Shown: positions 19,139-28,948 of the stretch, piece after piece
Layout: every line of letters begins with the position of its first letter
Numbering within the stretch: position 1 is the first letter of the stretch
Source of the DNA: an uncultured Chloroflexia bacterium
GTDB lineage: Bacteria; Chloroflexota; Limnocylindria; Limnocylindrales; CSP1-4
DNA length: 64,000 bases
NCBI GenBank assembly: GCA_963828165.1
Contig: CAWHDR010000005.1
Location: 64,001 to 128,000, forward strand
Direction of reading: 5' to 3'
Notes under the pieces: generated by a model
Database searches by the model: none
Told to the model about the DNA's origin: nothing
The model's input: the letters and a program-made list of their open reading frames with translations, nothing else
Position numbers and translations under genes: made by a program

Positions 19139-20350
19139 ATGACCACGGAGGTGATCGTCGTCGGCGGCGGGATCGTCGGTTGCGCCACGGCCTACTACTG
19201 CGCTCGCGACGGCATGCGGGTGACCCTGCTTGAACAGCAGACGGTCGGGTACGGCGCGTCCGGCCGCAATGTCGGCTTCCTGTGGCTCCACTGTCGCACC
19301 GCTGGCTTCGCGCTCGACATCGCGCGGGCCGGCCGGACCCTGTATCCGGAGCTCCTTCAGGAATTGCCGGGCGGGTTCGAATTCCGACCAAGTGGCGGGC
19401 TGATGTACTTCACCACCCCCGAACAGGGCGCGGTCTTCGAGGAGTTCGTCGCCGCGCGGAGGAGCGACGGCCTCGACATGACCCTGATCGACGGAGCGGA
19501 GGTGCGGCGCCTCGTGCCTCCAATCCGCGAGGACGTCCTGGGCGCGAGCTACTGCGGCGACGATGCGCAGATCGTGACGTCCACCGTCGTCGACGCCTTC
19601 GCCCGTGGCGCGATGGCGGAGGGTGCCACGATCCGCGAGGGTGTCACGGTCGAGCGGCTGGTCGTCTCGGGCGACCGGGTCGAGGCGGTCGAGACCGATG
19701 CCGGCCGATTCAGCGGTGATGCGATCGTCGTCGCCACGGGCGCATGGAGCACCGATCTGCTGGCCGATGTCGATGTCGATGTCCCGATCGGCGGCGAGCG
19801 CCTGCAGGTCGCGATGACCGGACCACAGCCGTTCTGGATCGAGCCGCTGGTGTTCGGTCCGAACGCGACCAAGCAATACGCGCTGTTCCGCGACCTGCCG
19901 TCGTGGGACCCGGCCGCATTCACCACCCCGGGACAGGATCGCGATGGCCTCGTCCTGCTGCCGCTCCTGGTCCAGCGGGCGTCCGGCGAGCTCAGCGTCG
20001 GATGCGCGACGGACTATCCGGGCGAGCTCGATGCGCACCCGACGCTCGCCGGGCTGGCACAGATCGCGGACGGGTTGACGGCCGACTTCCCGTCGCTGCG
20101 CGACGTGCCGATCACCCGGACGTGGGCCGGCCTCCTCCCCTTCACCTCCGACCACGCGCCCGTCATCGACGAGGTGATGCCCGGCCTGTTCGTCGGCGCC
20201 GGCCACACCTTCGGGAACACCGCGGGCCCGGTGACGGGCCGCGTCCTGAGCCAGCTCATCGCCGGCCAAGAGCCCCAGTTCGACATCAGCGAATGTCGCT
20301 ACGGCCGCCCGCTCGACCCCATCGTCGTCGGCGCGCCGACGCACTGGTAG
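19139..20350 (+). CDS. FAD-dependent oxidoreductase (DAO/glycine oxidase/sarcosine oxidase beta family)
   Basis: VVGGGIVG, GASGRNVG, VVATGAWS, WAGLLPFTSD, AGH.FG; TACGAT 6 nt upstream of ATG 19139. Confidence 0.9.
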   Translation: MTTEVIVVGGGIVGCATAYYCARDGMRVTLLEQQTVGYGASGRNVGFLWLHCRTAGFALDIARAGRTLYPELLQELPGGFEFRPSGGLMYFTTPEQGAVFEEFVAARRSDGLDMTLIDGAEVRRLVPPIREDVLGASYCGDDAQIVTSTVVDAFARGAMAEGATIREGVTVERLVVSGDRVEAVETDAGRFSGDAIVVATGAWSTDLLADVDVDVPIGGERLQVAMTGPQPFWIEPLVFGPNATKQYALFRDLPSWDPAAFTTPGQDRDGLVLLPLLVQRASGELSVGCATDYPGELDAHPTLAGLAQIADGLTADFPSLRDVPITRTWAGLLPFTSDHAPVIDEVMPGLFVGAGHTFGNTAGPVTGRVLSQLIAGQEPQFDISECRYGRPLDPIVVGAPTHW

Positions 20351-20486
20351 ATCGCGGCGACCGGCTGCAAGGAGCGGAACCCGTTCGGGATCCCGGGCGT
20401 CCCGACGCCATGACCGCCGTGCCTCCCTACGGCGGTCATTTCCATCATCGGGGCCGGACGCGGTCGCCACGTACAATCCGAGCGCG

Positions 20487-20807
20487 ATGTCCGGCACTCC
20501 CCTCCCCGACCTGATCCTGTACGGCCGCGCCGATTGCGGGCTCTGTGATGAAGCCCGCGAGCTGCTGCGAGCGCTCCTCGAGGAGCGGCGCCAGGGAGCG
20601 CTCCCGACGCCGCCGCTGCGGGAGGTCGACATCGAGTCCGATCCCGCCCTCGAGCGCGCCTTCTTCGCAGCGATCCCGGTCGTCGAGCTCGGCGATCGGC
20701 GGCTCGAGACCGTCACGAGCCTCGCCAAGGTGCGCCGCCTCCTCACCGACGTCCTCGACGGCGATGTCGCCGCGCCGACCAACCCGGAAGCCGCAACGAC
20801 CGCATGA
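20487..20807 (+). CDS. Glutaredoxin-like protein (DUF836)
   Basis: LYGRADCGLCDEA, EVDIESDPAL, IPVV. Confidence 0.85.
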   Translation: MSGTPLPDLILYGRADCGLCDEARELLRALLEERRQGALPTPPLREVDIESDPALERAFFAAIPVVELGDRRLETVTSLAKVRRLLTDVLDGDVAAPTNPEAATTA

Positions 20808-21640
20808 CCGGCGGCACCGACCTCACGATCCTCCTGGCGCTGGCGGCCGGGGTCATCAGCTTCCTGTCGCCATGCGTCCTGCCGCTCGTGCCCGCGTACC
20901 TCGGTCAGCTGTCCGCGATCGCCGTCGCCGGTCGGGCAAGCGAGATGACAGCCCCGAACCGATGGCTGGCCGTTCGCCACGCCTTCGCCTATGTCGCTGG
21001 ATTCGGTGCCGTGTTCACGCTCCTGGGCGTCACCGCGACGTACCTGGCTTCCGGACTCGCGGCCTACATCCCGACCCTGCGCGTGATCGGCGGGCTCATC
21101 CTCATCGTGCTCGGCCTGAACCTGGCCGGGATCCTGCGCATCGCCGCGCTCGAGCGCACCTGGCGCCCGCTCGATGCCGGCGCGGCCGGCAGCCTGGCCA
21201 CGACGACGGGCTCGATCGCCCTCGGGACGCCGGGCCGGCCGCCCGGCACCGGGACCAGCCTTGGAGATCGTCTCGGTGGGCGGCTCATCGGCACGAACGG
21301 CGGCCTGCTCGCCTCGTTCGGACTGGGAGCGATCTTCGCGATCGGCTGGAGCCCCTGCATCGGCATCATCCTCGGTGGGATCCTGACGATGGCCGCCACG
21401 ACCGGCACGGTCGTGGCGGGCGCTGTCCTCCTCATCGCCTACACCCTGGGTCTCGGGTTGCCGTTCATCGCGATCGCGCTCGTCTACGACCGCGCGCCCG
21501 GGCTCATCCGTCCGCTCGTTCGCCACGGCCGCACGGTGTCCCTCATCGGAGGCCTGCTGGTGGCCCTGATCGGCGTGGCGATGGTCTTCGACTGGCTGTC
21601 GCTGATGCCGCGCTACTTCACGTTCCTCACGGCCATCTGA
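20804..21640 (+). CDS. ccdA: Cytochrome c biogenesis protein CcdA
   Basis: SFLSPCVLPLVPAY and IGWSPCIG motifs; about 6 TM segments. Confidence 0.92.
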   Translation: MTGGTDLTILLALAAGVISFLSPCVLPLVPAYLGQLSAIAVAGRASEMTAPNRWLAVRHAFAYVAGFGAVFTLLGVTATYLASGLAAYIPTLRVIGGLILIVLGLNLAGILRIAALERTWRPLDAGAAGSLATTTGSIALGTPGRPPGTGTSLGDRLGGRLIGTNGGLLASFGLGAIFAIGWSPCIGIILGGILTMAATTGTVVAGAVLLIAYTLGLGLPFIAIALVYDRAPGLIRPLVRHGRTVSLIGGLLVALIGVAMVFDWLSLMPRYFTFLTAI

Positions 21641-21647
21641 GCGGTCT

Positions 21648-22346
21648 GTGGCCGAGGAGCGACCCGGGTTCAGCCACAAGCGCGAGCGCCACGGCCTGAT
21701 CGGCCCGTTCAGCGGTCGCCAATTGCTCCTCGGGGCCGTGGCGATCGCGATCGTGGCGATCATCGGCGTGGCGATCACGACTCCGCTCGGCAACACCTCG
21801 ATCGGCCCGAACCTCGTCAATCCCCAGGCCACCCCGTTCATCATCGGGGAGGCGCCGGCCCAGGGCCTGCGGGCGGGCGAGACGGCACCCGAGCTCGCGA
21901 CCGTTCTCGTTGACGGCACGACCTATCAGCTGACCGACCTCGACGGCCGGCCGATCCGGCTCGACGCACTCCGCGGCAAGGTCGTGTGGCTCAACTTCTG
22001 GGCGTCGTGGTGCCCGCCGTGCCAGCAGGAGACGCCGATCTTGCGCGCGCTCGATGCGAAGTACCGCGACCAGGGGCTCGCGATCGTCGGTGTCAGCGTC
22101 CAGGAGACGACTCCGACCGACGTGAGCGCGTACGCCGACCGGTACGAGCTCGACTACACCATCGGCTTCGACGGATCCGGGCACATCCTGCGGACCTACC
22201 GGGTGTTCGCGCTTCCGACCCAGTTCTTCATCGACACGAACGGTGTCATCCAGCTCGTCCTCAACGGCCCGGTCGACGAGGCCGGGGCGTCGGCCCTGAT
22301 CGAATCGATGCTTGGCGCCGTCCCGTCCGAACCGGAGCCGTCGTAG
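21648..22346 (+). CDS. TlpA/ResA-family thiol:disulfide oxidoreductase
   Basis: N-terminal TM, LNFWASWCPPC, LPTQFFID. Confidence 0.9.
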   Translation: MAEERPGFSHKRERHGLIGPFSGRQLLLGAVAIAIVAIIGVAITTPLGNTSIGPNLVNPQATPFIIGEAPAQGLRAGETAPELATVLVDGTTYQLTDLDGRPIRLDALRGKVVWLNFWASWCPPCQQETPILRALDAKYRDQGLAIVGVSVQETTPTDVSAYADRYELDYTIGFDGSGHILRTYRVFALPTQFFIDTNGVIQLVLNGPVDEAGASALIESMLGAVPSEPEPS

Positions 22347-22393
22347 GGCGCCGTCCCCCATGATCATCGCCATACTTGTGGCGAGGTGAGGCG

Positions 22394-22864
22394 ATGAACG
22401 CGATCGACGTCCTGACGTACGGGCAGAAGACCATCCTGGCGACGATGAGCCGTTACCGGCCCGACGACTGGGACCGGATCGCCCTCGGGGTCTGGACGGC
22501 GAAGGACCTGCTCGGGCACCTCGGGGCCTTCGAAGTCCGGTTCGCGGACATCCTCGCGACGTTCGTCGGCGCACCGCCAGTCTCCGACCTGATGCGTGCG
22601 GACCCACGCACGTTCAACGACGACCAGGCCGCGATCCGCAAGGACTGGACCATCGAGCAGGTCACCCACGAGTTCCTCGACGCCAACGAGCGGGTGATGA
22701 CCCACGCCGCGGCGATCACGCCCGAACGCTGGCGCGAGGTCGGGACCATCCCCTGGTACGGCGCGGAGTACTCGCTCGACGACCTGCTCGTGTACCAGAT
22801 GTATGCCCACAAGCGGGAACACGATCCGCAGCTCAGCGCCGTCCTCGAGGCGCCGGACCGGTAG
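22394..22864 (+). CDS. DinB/maleylpyruvate isomerase N-terminal-like protein
   Basis: WTAKDLLGHL and HKREH motifs; GAGG SD upstream. Confidence 0.8.
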   Translation: MNAIDVLTYGQKTILATMSRYRPDDWDRIALGVWTAKDLLGHLGAFEVRFADILATFVGAPPVSDLMRADPRTFNDDQAAIRKDWTIEQVTHEFLDANERVMTHAAAITPERWREVGTIPWYGAEYSLDDLLVYQMYAHKREHDPQLSAVLEAPDR

Positions 22865-22866
22865 GG

Positions 22867-23733
22867 TCAGACCGGCTCGAACCGGAAGCGGTCTCGATCG
22901 CGCTCGAGGCGGCCGACTGGCCGCTTCGACTCGTGCGACAGCACGATCAGCCAGCCTTCGTCGACCGCCTGCGCGAACAGCTCGAGCTTGCGCAGCACCG
23001 AATCGAGCGGGAAGTCGTCGAAGGACGTGACCCAGCGTGGGTTGGCGCCCCACGGCCGCATGAACAGGTCACCGAAGAACGCCACGGTCCGTGAGCCGTC
23101 GCCAGTGCCCCGGACGATCACGGCCTGGTGGCCCGCGGAGTGTCCACCCGTCGGCACGACGGTGACGCCGGGGAGGATCTCGCGTTCGCCCTCGGCCCAA
23201 CCTTCCGAGCCCCAATCGTGGACGAGCCGTAGCTCCGGCTGGACGTACGAAGCCACGACGCGCGGGTTGTCGCCCAGCGCCACCTCCCATTCGGCCTTCT
23301 GGGCGACGACGGTGGCTCGCGGGAACGCGCGCGAACCGTCCGTCAGCAGCAGGCCGCCGGCATGGTCGAAATGGAGGTGGCTCAAGGCCACGACATCGAC
23401 GCTGTCGGGGGCGAAGCCGGCGGTCTCCAGGGCCGGCACGACCGGCGGGCCCTCGTAGACTCGCATCGCCCTCGTCTTGTCGTCGACCCGCTCGCCGATG
23501 CCGGTCTCGACCAGCACGCGTCCGGCCGGCGTCTCCACCAGCAGGCAGTTCAGCGCCTGGAGGAGCCGATGCTCATGGTCGATCTCGTCGGTGACGAGGC
23601 CACCCCACAGCACGCGCGGCACGGGGCCGAAGAGCGTGCCTGCGTCCGATCGGAAGGTCCCGGCCTGGACGAGCGCGACGCGGGTCCCGCCGCCCAGCTC
23701 GGCCTGCCATGGAACCGACTCGTTGAGCGCCAC
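22867..23733 (-). CDS. MBL-fold metallo-hydrolase (YtnP/AHL-lactonase-like)
   Basis: DAGTLFGPVP, SHLHFDHAGG, TGGHSAGH, FFGDL, SHE. Confidence 0.9.
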   Translation of the reverse strand: MALNESVPWQAELGGGTRVALVQAGTFRSDAGTLFGPVPRVLWGGLVTDEIDHEHRLLQALNCLLVETPAGRVLVETGIGERVDDKTRAMRVYEGPPVVPALETAGFAPDSVDVVALSHLHFDHAGGLLLTDGSRAFPRATVVAQKAEWEVALGDNPRVVASYVQPELRLVHDWGSEGWAEGEREILPGVTVVPTGGHSAGHQAVIVRGTGDGSRTVAFFGDLFMRPWGANPRWVTSFDDFPLDSVLRKLELFAQAVDEGWLIVLSHESKRPVGRLERDRDRFRFEPV

Positions 23734-23737
23734 GGGA

Positions 23738-24310
23738 TCAGTCCTTCACGAAGTCCCGGTGGAAGGCCGACGCCGTCGGCTCCTTCTGGCCCTGGTAGCG
23801 CGAGCGCAGCTCGGGCGACCCGTACGGCCGATCGACCGGGGACGACATCGTGAAGAACGAGATCTGCCCGATCCGCATGCCGTGGTACAGCGCGATCGGC
23901 AGCGTCGCGACATTGGAGAGTTCGAGCGTCAGGTTGCCCTTCCACCCTGGGTCCACGAAGCCCGCCGTGGAATGGATCAGGAGCCCAAGTCTCCCCAAGG
24001 AACTTTTCCCCTCCAATCGCGAGACGATGTCGTTCGGGAGCTCGACGAATTCGAGCGTCTGGCCAAGCACGAATTCGCCGGGGTGCAGGATGAACGGCTC
24101 GTCGTCCTCGATCGTCAGCATCTCGGTCAGGTCAGGCTGGGGGGCGCGGACATCGATGTAGGGGTAGCGGTTGTTCCGGAAGACCCGGAACGAGCGGTCC
24201 AGATGCAGGTCGACCGACGACGGCTGGATGTCTTCCGGGTCGTAGGGCTCGATCCTGATCGTTCCCGCCTCGAGCGCGGCCCGGATGTCGCGGTCCGACA
24301 GGACGCTCAC
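23738..24310 (-). CDS. dcd: dCTP deaminase
   Basis: [39 protein letters not shown]. Confidence 0.97.
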   Translation of the reverse strand: MSVLSDRDIRAALEAGTIRIEPYDPEDIQPSSVDLHLDRSFRVFRNNRYPYIDVRAPQPDLTEMLTIEDDEPFILHPGEFVLGQTLEFVELPNDIVSRLEGKSSLGRLGLLIHSTAGFVDPGWKGNLTLELSNVATLPIALYHGMRIGQISFFTMSSPVDRPYGSPELRSRYQGQKEPTASAFHRDFVKD

Positions 24311-24780
24311 GCAGCGCCCCCGTTGCCCTTCTCGTTGTAGAGCGTGTCGACCTCGCGCTTGAGATCCTCGAGGTCCTCGAAGCTCTGATACACGCTGGCG
24401 AACCGGATGTAGGCGATCTGGTCGATGCCCCGGAGCGCCTCCATCGACAGCGCGCCGACGCGAGACGAGGGGACCTCGGTGACACCGGCGGCGCGCAGTT
24501 CCGCCTCGATGCCGTCGGCTGCGGCCTCGGCGGCCCCGTCTGGGACGGGCCGGCGCGTCAACGCCTTGCGCAAGCCGGTGACCAGCCGGTCCCGGTCGAA
24601 CTCCTGGCGGGTGCCGTCACGCTTGATGACGACGAGGCGGGCAGCCTCGATCCGCTCGTAGGTCGTGAATCGCATCGTGCAGGCGTTGCATTCGCGCCGG
24701 CGCCGGATGGTGGCGGAATCGTCCAGATCGCGCGAGTCGACGACGCGGGTGTCCCGCTCGCCGCATTGGGGGCAGCGCAT
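24307..24780 (-). CDS. nrdR: Transcriptional repressor NrdR
   Basis: MRCPQC...VVDSR...[19 protein letters not shown]-cone, AYIRFASVY; AGGAG SD. Confidence 0.97.
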   Translation of the reverse strand: MRCPQCGERDTRVVDSRDLDDSATIRRRRECNACTMRFTTYERIEAARLVVIKRDGTRQEFDRDRLVTGLRKALTRRPVPDGAAEAAADGIEAELRAAGVTEVPSSRVGALSMEALRGIDQIAYIRFASVYQSFEDLEDLKREVDTLYNEKGNGGAA

Positions 24781-24800
24781 CGCTCTCCTGTCGCTCCGCA

Positions 24801-24847
24801 CCACTACCACTTGTGGTGTGCGACGAGGATACCACTACATGGTGTGG
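24801..24847. promoter_or_regulatory. Tandem NrdR boxes
   Basis: CCACTACCACTTGTGG (24801-24816) and CCACTACATGGTGTGG (24832-24847) fit acaCwAtATaTwGtgt; starts are 31 bp apart. Confidence 0.8.
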
Positions 24848-25416
24848 TCAGAGCGCGGCTCGCGCAGTGCTCGTGGTTCCGGCGGCGCCGGAGCGAGGGT
24901 CGCGTCCATGGCCTCGGCACGAGCCGCGTGGGCGTGGATGGCTTCACGGGCGTGAACGAGGTTGAGGTACCCGCGCTTGATCGAGGTCTGGGCTTCCAGC
25001 TCCCGCCCGCGACGGATGGTCTGGGCCAGGATCGTCGCGCCATGGCCGACCATCGCGAGGGCGCGATCGGCGCGTTCGAGCTCTGCGACCAGGTCGTCGC
25101 GGATCGACTCGGCTGCCGGCGGGCCATGCAACGCCCGAGCCTCATCGGTATAGCGGGAGATGGCGTCGGTCGCGGCCTCGATGGTCGCGCCGATCGTGGC
25201 AGCCCCCAGCTGCTGGCGACGGACGGCGTCGATGCGGCCGGCGGCGCCCTCGAGCGACTGGTCGATGCGGCCGGCGAGCTCGCGCACGGATGAGCGGAAG
25301 CTCTCGACCTCGCGGGTCCGGGCCACGATCCGGCCCGCTCGCCGAAGGACGATCGCGAAACCCACGGCGAGGATGAGGAACGCCGCCAGCGGCAGCAGGA
25401 TGGCGAGCTCGGTCAC
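24835..25416 (-). CDS. Hypothetical membrane-anchored helical protein
   Basis: GTG start, TM segment LAILLPLAAFLILAVGFAIVL, then coiled-coil-like sequence. Confidence 0.7.
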   Translation of the reverse strand: MTELAILLPLAAFLILAVGFAIVLRRAGRIVARTREVESFRSSVRELAGRIDQSLEGAAGRIDAVRRQQLGAATIGATIEAATDAISRYTDEARALHGPPAAESIRDDLVAELERADRALAMVGHGATILAQTIRRGRELEAQTSIKRGYLNLVHAREAIHAHAARAEAMDATLAPAPPEPRALREPRSDHTM

Positions 25417-25441
25417 CGGTGTCGTCCCCGAGGCCGCTGGG

Positions 25442-26422
25442 TCAGCCCGACCGTTCGCGCAGCTGCGCGAGGATCGCCTGGCCGACCTCGACGAGGTCGC
25501 CCACCACGACCATGTCCGCGAAATCCGCGATCGGCGCGTCCGGGTCGCGGTTGACCGCGACGATCGTGGAGGCGGTCTGCATCCCGACCTTGTGCTGGAT
25601 GGCACCGCTGATGCCCATCGCGAGGTACAGCTGTGGCTTGACGATCTTGCCGGTCTGGCCGATCTGCTGGCTATACGGGATCCAGCCTGAATCGACCGCG
25701 GCCCGCGTCGCACCTACCGCGCCACCCAGCGCCTCGGCGAGGTCCGCGATGAGGCCGAATCCTTCCGGCCCGCCCACGCCACGACCGCCGGCGACGATGA
25801 TCCGCGCGTCGTCGATGGACGCGGCCGCGCCCTGCGCCTCGATGCGATCGACGATCGGGACGGCGGGCTGCGTCAACTCCCCGGTCGGGGCCACCGTCTC
25901 GACGTTGCCGGCGCTGTCGGCGGCCTCAGCGGTCACCGTGTTCGGGCGGATGGTGACGATGCCGCGCCCGTCGGACAGGGCGCTCTCGGTGATGAGCTTG
26001 CCGCCGAACACGCTGTGGGTCGCGATGGGGCCGTCCGGCGATCCTCGCAGCGCGATCGCATTGGCCAGCACGCCGCGGCCGGTCAGGGCGGACAGGGCGC
26101 CGGCGAGGTCCCGTCCTTCCGGCCCAGCCCCGGCAAGGACGACGTCCGGGTCGTGCTCCTCGAGGAGCGCGGCCAGTCGCTGGGCCACGATCGTGCCGGC
26201 GGCGTGGTCGGTGGTCGTGGGTTCCGTGACCGCGAGAACGCGGGGCACGAAACGAGCGAGCTCCGCGGCTGCAGCGGCCGGATCCGCGCCGATCACGACG
26301 CCCGTCACCTCGGCACCGCCGCTCTCCCCGGCCAGCGCGCGTGCCAGCGTCGCGACCTCCGTCGAGAGCTTGGCCAACGACCCGTCCGCCGCGAGCTCGC
26401 CGTGGACCCAGATGCCGGCCAT
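25442..26422 (-). CDS. etfA: Electron transfer flavoprotein subunit alpha
   Basis: IVAGGRGVG, VGATRAAVDSGW, QIGQTGK, GISGAIQH. Confidence 0.95.
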   Translation of the reverse strand: MAGIWVHGELAADGSLAKLSTEVATLARALAGESGGAEVTGVVIGADPAAAAAELARFVPRVLAVTEPTTTDHAAGTIVAQRLAALLEEHDPDVVLAGAGPEGRDLAGALSALTGRGVLANAIALRGSPDGPIATHSVFGGKLITESALSDGRGIVTIRPNTVTAEAADSAGNVETVAPTGELTQPAVPIVDRIEAQGAAASIDDARIIVAGGRGVGGPEGFGLIADLAEALGGAVGATRAAVDSGWIPYSQQIGQTGKIVKPQLYLAMGISGAIQHKVGMQTASTIVAVNRDPDAPIADFADMVVVGDLVEVGQAILAQLRERSG

Positions 26423-27213
26423 CAGATGAGCCTCCGCTCGGCGAGGAGCGCCACGACCTGGCGTGCGGCCTCGTCTGGTTCCTCGCGGACGACGCGGGTC
26501 GGGGCGCGCGGCTCGGGCGCGCGAGAGTCCACGACCTTCGTGGTCGCGCCCGCCGTGCCGACGGTGGCCGCGTCGATCTCCAGATCCGCCAGGGTGAGGG
26601 TCGTGATCTCCTTGTTGCGCGCCGCCATGATCCCCTTGAGCGACGGGTAGCGCGGCTCGCCCAGGGCCTGGGTGCCGCTGATGAGCGCCGGCATCGGCGC
26701 CTCGAGCACGTCGTACCCCGACGCCGTGATGCGGTTGACCCGGACCTTGCCGGTGGCGGTGTCCGGCTCGATCGAGGCGGCATAGGACAGGTACGGCAGC
26801 CCGGCCAGCGCCGCGACGCCCGGAGCGACGACGCCGGCACCGCCGTCCGACGTGTCCACGCCGGCGAGCACGAGATCGAATTCGAGGGTCTTGAGCGCGG
26901 CGGCGAGGATCCGTGTCGTGGCGACCGTGCACGAGCCGCCGATGGGTGGGTCCGTCACGAGCACGCCGCGCGTGGCGCCCATGGCCAGCGCCTTGCGCAT
27001 CGTCTCGGGCGCGGTTGCCGGGGCCATCGTCAGCAGGACGACCTCGCCGTCACCGGCCGCCTCGACAAGCTTGAGCGCCTTCTCGAGGACGTACTCGTCA
27101 TTGCCGTTCACGACCGCTGGGCTGTTCGTCCGATCCAGGCGCCCATCGGCGCCCAGCCGTTCACCACCCGACGCCGGGTCGGGGACGGGCTTGGTGAGGA
27201 CGACGATTCGCAC
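26422..27213 (-). CDS. etfB: Electron transfer flavoprotein subunit beta
   Basis: KPVPD, ALAMGA, AGVDTSDG, EPRYPSLKGIM. Confidence 0.95.
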   Translation of the reverse strand: MRIVVLTKPVPDPASGGERLGADGRLDRTNSPAVVNGNDEYVLEKALKLVEAAGDGEVVLLTMAPATAPETMRKALAMGATRGVLVTDPPIGGSCTVATTRILAAALKTLEFDLVLAGVDTSDGGAGVVAPGVAALAGLPYLSYAASIEPDTATGKVRVNRITASGYDVLEAPMPALISGTQALGEPRYPSLKGIMAARNKEITTLTLADLEIDAATVGTAGATTKVVDSRAPEPRAPTRVVREEPDEAARQVVALLAERRLI

Positions 27214-27234
27214 GAGCCTTGGACCTCCCGCCGG

Positions 27235-28410
27235 TCAGCCGCCCTTGCCGAGCAGTGCCCGTGCGATGACCAGCCGTTGGATCTGTTGAGTCCCCTCGTA
27301 CAGCTGCGTGATCTTCGCATCACGCATCATCCGCTCGACCGGGAACTCATCGATATAGCCATAACCACCCAGGACCTGGACGGCGTCGGTCGTGACCCGC
27401 ATGGCATTGTCACCGGCCACGAGTTTACACAGCGCCGACCACCGACTCGCGTCGGGAGCGCCCGCGTCGATCTCGACGCAGGCCTTGTACAGCAGCTGAC
27501 GTGCGGCTTCGGTGCCCGCGTCCATGTCCGCCAGCATGCCGCCGATCATCTGGAAATCCCCGATGCGCTGGCCGAACTGCTTGCGGTCCCGCGCGTAGGC
27601 GGTCGCGACCTCGAGGGCGCCCTGGGCGATACCGACGGCCTGCGCCGCGATCCCCGGCCGGCTGCGGTCCAGCGTGCGCATCGCGATGTCGAAGCCGTCG
27701 CCTTCCGCGCCGAGGAGGTTCGCCGCGGGCACGCGGACCTTGTCGAAGGCGAGCTCGGCGGTCGGGCTTCCCCGCAGGCCCATCTTGTGCTCGATCCTGG
27801 TGACCGCGAAGCCGTCGGTCGGGACCTCGACGACGAATGCGGACAAGCGCCGATGGCGCTCGGCCTCCGGATCCGTGACCGCGAAGACCACCAGCAGATC
27901 CGCGACCGAGCCGTGGCTGATGAACCGCTTGGCCCCGTCGATGAGGTAGTCCTCGCCGTCGCGGACGGCCCGGGTGCGGGCGGCGGCGACGTCGGAGCCC
28001 GCCTCGGCCTCGGTCAGGGCGAACGCGATGAGCTGCTCACCGCTGGCCAGCTTCGGGAACCAGCGGGACCGCTGCTCGTCGGTGCCGGCGATCGTGATCG
28101 GGAGCGAGCCGAGCTCCTGGACCGCCAGGATCAGACCAGTCGTCGCGCAGGCCCGGCTGAGCTGTTCCACGGCGAGACAGACGCTGAGGAGCTCGCCACC
28201 GAGGCCACCATGCTCCTCCGGGAACGGCAGCGCCAGGATGTCGTGGTCGGCGAGAAGGCCCCGCAGGTCCTCGGGGAATTCGGCGGTGCGATCGATGTCC
28301 GCCGCGCGGGGAGCCACGCGCTCGTCCGCGAGCACGCGAACGGCGTCGCGGAGCATCTCGTGCTCCTCCGTGAGGCGGAACGGCCCGGGGGCGCGGTTCG
28401 CGGTGGTCAC
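27235..28410 (-). CDS. Acyl-CoA dehydrogenase
   Basis: FALTEAEAGSD, KMGLRGSPT, RKQFGQ, GGYGY, MRDAKITQLYEGT; GTG 28410 lies 7 nt after TACGAT. Confidence 0.95.
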   Translation of the reverse strand: MTTANRAPGPFRLTEEHEMLRDAVRVLADERVAPRAADIDRTAEFPEDLRGLLADHDILALPFPEEHGGLGGELLSVCLAVEQLSRACATTGLILAVQELGSLPITIAGTDEQRSRWFPKLASGEQLIAFALTEAEAGSDVAAARTRAVRDGEDYLIDGAKRFISHGSVADLLVVFAVTDPEAERHRRLSAFVVEVPTDGFAVTRIEHKMGLRGSPTAELAFDKVRVPAANLLGAEGDGFDIAMRTLDRSRPGIAAQAVGIAQGALEVATAYARDRKQFGQRIGDFQMIGGMLADMDAGTEAARQLLYKACVEIDAGAPDASRWSALCKLVAGDNAMRVTTDAVQVLGGYGYIDEFPVERMMRDAKITQLYEGTQQIQRLVIARALLGKGG

Positions 28411-28524
28411 CGGCGGCATCGTACCGCGCGCCGCGACGGCGCCGGCAGCGTCGGGTCGGCGTACGCTTGGCGGACGTCGGCGAGTCGGGCACGGGGGCAC
28501 GGCTCCAGTCGACGGGAGACGACC

Positions 28525-28749
28525 ATGGACCAGAGCACCCAGATCCTGGCCCTTGTCCTCATCGCCGCCGTGGGGATCGTCGCCGTGCTGTCGATCCTGC
28601 GCCGTGACCGGGTCGCGTCCGAGGGACCGCCACCCGAGAACCCCTTTGCCGTCGCCACGGAGGGGATGAAACGTTGTCCCTCGTGTGGGATGGGGAATCT
28701 CGTGACCGACGCCAACTGTTCCAGCTGCGGGACGCGGCTGCCCGGCTGA
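28525..28749 (+). CDS. Small membrane protein with C-terminal zinc ribbon
   Basis: GGGAG SD; TM helix, then CPSC..N....CSSC. Confidence 0.75.
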   Translation: MDQSTQILALVLIAAVGIVAVLSILRRDRVASEGPPPENPFAVATEGMKRCPSCGMGNLVTDANCSSCGTRLPG

Positions 28750-28948
28750 CCGTGGGTCGCGGCCGTCGACGTGACGCCCGTGCCACTGCAATGCCCTCGC
28801 AGCGTGCAACCCGTCGCATGTGACGGCGCGATCCCGCATCGCGGGGCATGATGGCCGCAGCGGGCAGCATCTGACGCTCGGTCGATCGAATATGGCCGCC
28901 TGAGACCGAGTCGAGCTACTGGCGAAACCGGCCCGTCGCACTCCGGGA

